Below the pieces are notes generated by a model. It made no database searches. It had not been told where the DNA came from and worked only from the letters and a program-made list of their open reading frames with translations. Positions 61,935 through 64,000 of a stretch of DNA of 64,000 bases are shown here, piece by piece (positions within the stretch are counted from its first letter, which is position 1; each line of letters begins with the position of its first letter). A program made the translations under genes and the position numbers. The stretch is from Balanoglossus misakiensis. Taxonomy: Eukaryota > Animalia > Hemichordata. The DNA is taken from NCBI GenBank assembly GCA_040954595.2, contig CM082590.2:7626001-7690000 (forward strand), given 5' to 3'.

Positions 61935-64000
61935 AAGTTTCCTGCATGTGAATGCTCGTGCAAGATCTCTGATGCTTCTTTGCTATGTTTCTTCATGCTG
62001 AAGTGATAAACATCTTCCTTCTCAGACAAAATGAATAATCTATGTTCGGTGCCTGCAAATATGAGTTATTAATTGCTACAATCTTGGCTATCAAATTTTG
62101 GCCAGAATTCTCCATGTTCTGATTGCAGACCCTAACACACTGCCTATATAATATTTTGATTAATTGTGCAATTCAGATGCTTTATATTGAAATTGGCTGG
62201 TGAAATCTTGATTGCACGATGTGGCCATATCTATAAATCAACCTTGTGTTTACATGAACCAGTATTGATAGCAACGATATAAACATGCATATATTTTCAA
62301 ACCGTTCAACGCGTATTGCGAAAAGGCGCGCACGTAGAATTGTATCTCTATGGCGACAACAAATACAGACAGTAAACAAACAAGCAAAAGGACACACAAG
62401 CTTTCTTGCTTGTAATAAATTAGTGGAAGTGTAGCAAGTAGACCGATACTCTGGATCGTATGTGATTAAAGTACGGTATGACGTCACTTAGGTTTACACA
62501 CTGTACGCAATCTTTGTCCCCTTTCACCCCTCCCTTTCCCCCTCCCTCCCCCATCTCTCAAATGCCAGGACTATTTTGGTTCTCTCTCTCGCTATATAGA
62601 TTCATGGCCACCACCCTATTTTCTAAATCCAGTGTTTGGGTGAATTTTGCATTGATGAAGGCTAGTTTTTGTTATACTTTCTGTTTTCTACGATGCGCTA
62701 CATTTTTCAGTGATTTTTATTGTATTGTCAAGGTCACTTTAAATTTCCATGCTTGACACTTACAGAATACTGATGTAGCAATATTCTTTGCAGATGTCTT
62801 AATTGTGCATGAAAAAAAAAATTTCTTATTTCTTACAAACCACAGGAATTATCACTTAGCAACCAGAGTCGTGCATGGGCGTTCCAACAATGGTGTTTTT
62901 ATATGTACATGTATTGACAAAATTTTAGCTTTCACGTTAAGTAATTGTGTATCCTTATATACAGTCACTCTAATCTTTCAAAACGGACCGGGTGTTTGCT
63001 TTAAATGATAAACTCGCATAATATAAATACCAATGCTACGAAGAAATCTGTTTTCCTACGTGCGCAATAGATTTCACCTGATAATGTCATTAATAATAGA
63101 AATAAATGGGATAGAGTTTTGTGTTTCTAACCTAGAAATTAAGAGAGGAAATTGAAAAGTTGTGAAGTGTGCATTTCACTTGCATGAACAAGGCCACACA
63201 TTTTCTCCTTATTATAAAATTCATGTCTGGTTGAGATTAATACCAGTAAGTCTGGTTTTATGGCCCATTTTATGGGCACACACTTTTTAATGAGGACTTT
63301 ATATTTTTAAAGAATTATATTAAATAGTACCACATATTTCAGCACCCTTTTCTTTACTTACTCATGCCACAGTTTGAAGTAGAAAATTTTGAATTCTATC
63401 TTGTGCTGTGTCGGTGCTGATCACCTCCTGAAATTTTACTGGTCATAAGTTTACAGAGACCAGGATGTAAGGTCACTCGGAGGTCATGAAAGTGGCATTT
63501 ATATATTTCCAAACTTCTCTTGATTTATTTCTAGATGACATCTTTGATATAATACATACAAATGCACAATCTGTGTTCACTTTTATACTTGCCAGTTTCC
63601 CTGGCAGTCTGTGCATTTACATCATTGTGATTTTTTTGTTTCAAATTATGAGAAAGGATGTCCAGCAGTTGCTTGGTGCTACCATATGCATTTCTGCAAA
63701 TGTCTGTAATGAAATCAAACCAGGTCCATGTTAAGTCCCTTTTTTAATTCTTGACAATATGCCATAATCAACCTTAATATGTGATTTAAGGAAACTCCTT
63801 GCAATTTGAAAATGAATATTGCTTCTCAAGTGAAGCCTTTCACACCATAATCTCTGTACCATGGAACGGAGTACCTCGCCTTGTTTTTACAAGTCTTAGG
63901 AATTTTTATTTAGCAACAGAGTCACGATTTTGCGGACCGACACAGGGGGTTTTATGGTTCAATTTATTTATAAATGTCTGCAACTTCCAAGATAAGCAAC
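61935..64000 (-). repeat. Right arm of the inverted duplication, continuing past window end
   Basis: 63976-64000 is the reverse complement of 52858-52882; collinear back to ~61935. Confidence 0.9.

Overview
Eukaryotic, intron-containing animal DNA (AT-rich; looks like a marine invertebrate, possibly a hemichordate or echinoderm, which is an inference). It has three zones. (1) 1-13.8 kb is gene-poor: stacked tandem arrays (87, ~550, ~690, ~178, ~85 and ~220 bp units), four degenerate tRNA-like Pol III units and a hairpin-rich motif cluster. (2) 15.5-44 kb is a cluster of chimeric DNA-binding-protein genes, and is the main discovery. By manual splicing, three tandem minus-strand paralogues share an unrecognised ~65-aa N-terminal domain plus an NLS/SUMO-motif linker on phase-1 exons. 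Each is spliced in frame onto a different transposon-derived module: a piggyBac transposase with no catalytic Asp, a catalytically dead Crypton/DUF3504 domain, and a pogo DD35D transposase with an intact triad. The middle paralogue can also reach five further alternative last exons (four BEN domains, one Brinker-DBD+CENP-B HTH), an architecture resembling mod(mdg4)/lola. A divergently transcribed RING + 13-zinc-finger gene lies inside the cluster. (3) 44-64 kb holds a 5-exon predicted GPI-anchored protein gene, MITEs and a large inverted duplication running off the window end. All gene models come from GT-AG and reading-frame analysis by eye; no transcript or database evidence was available.
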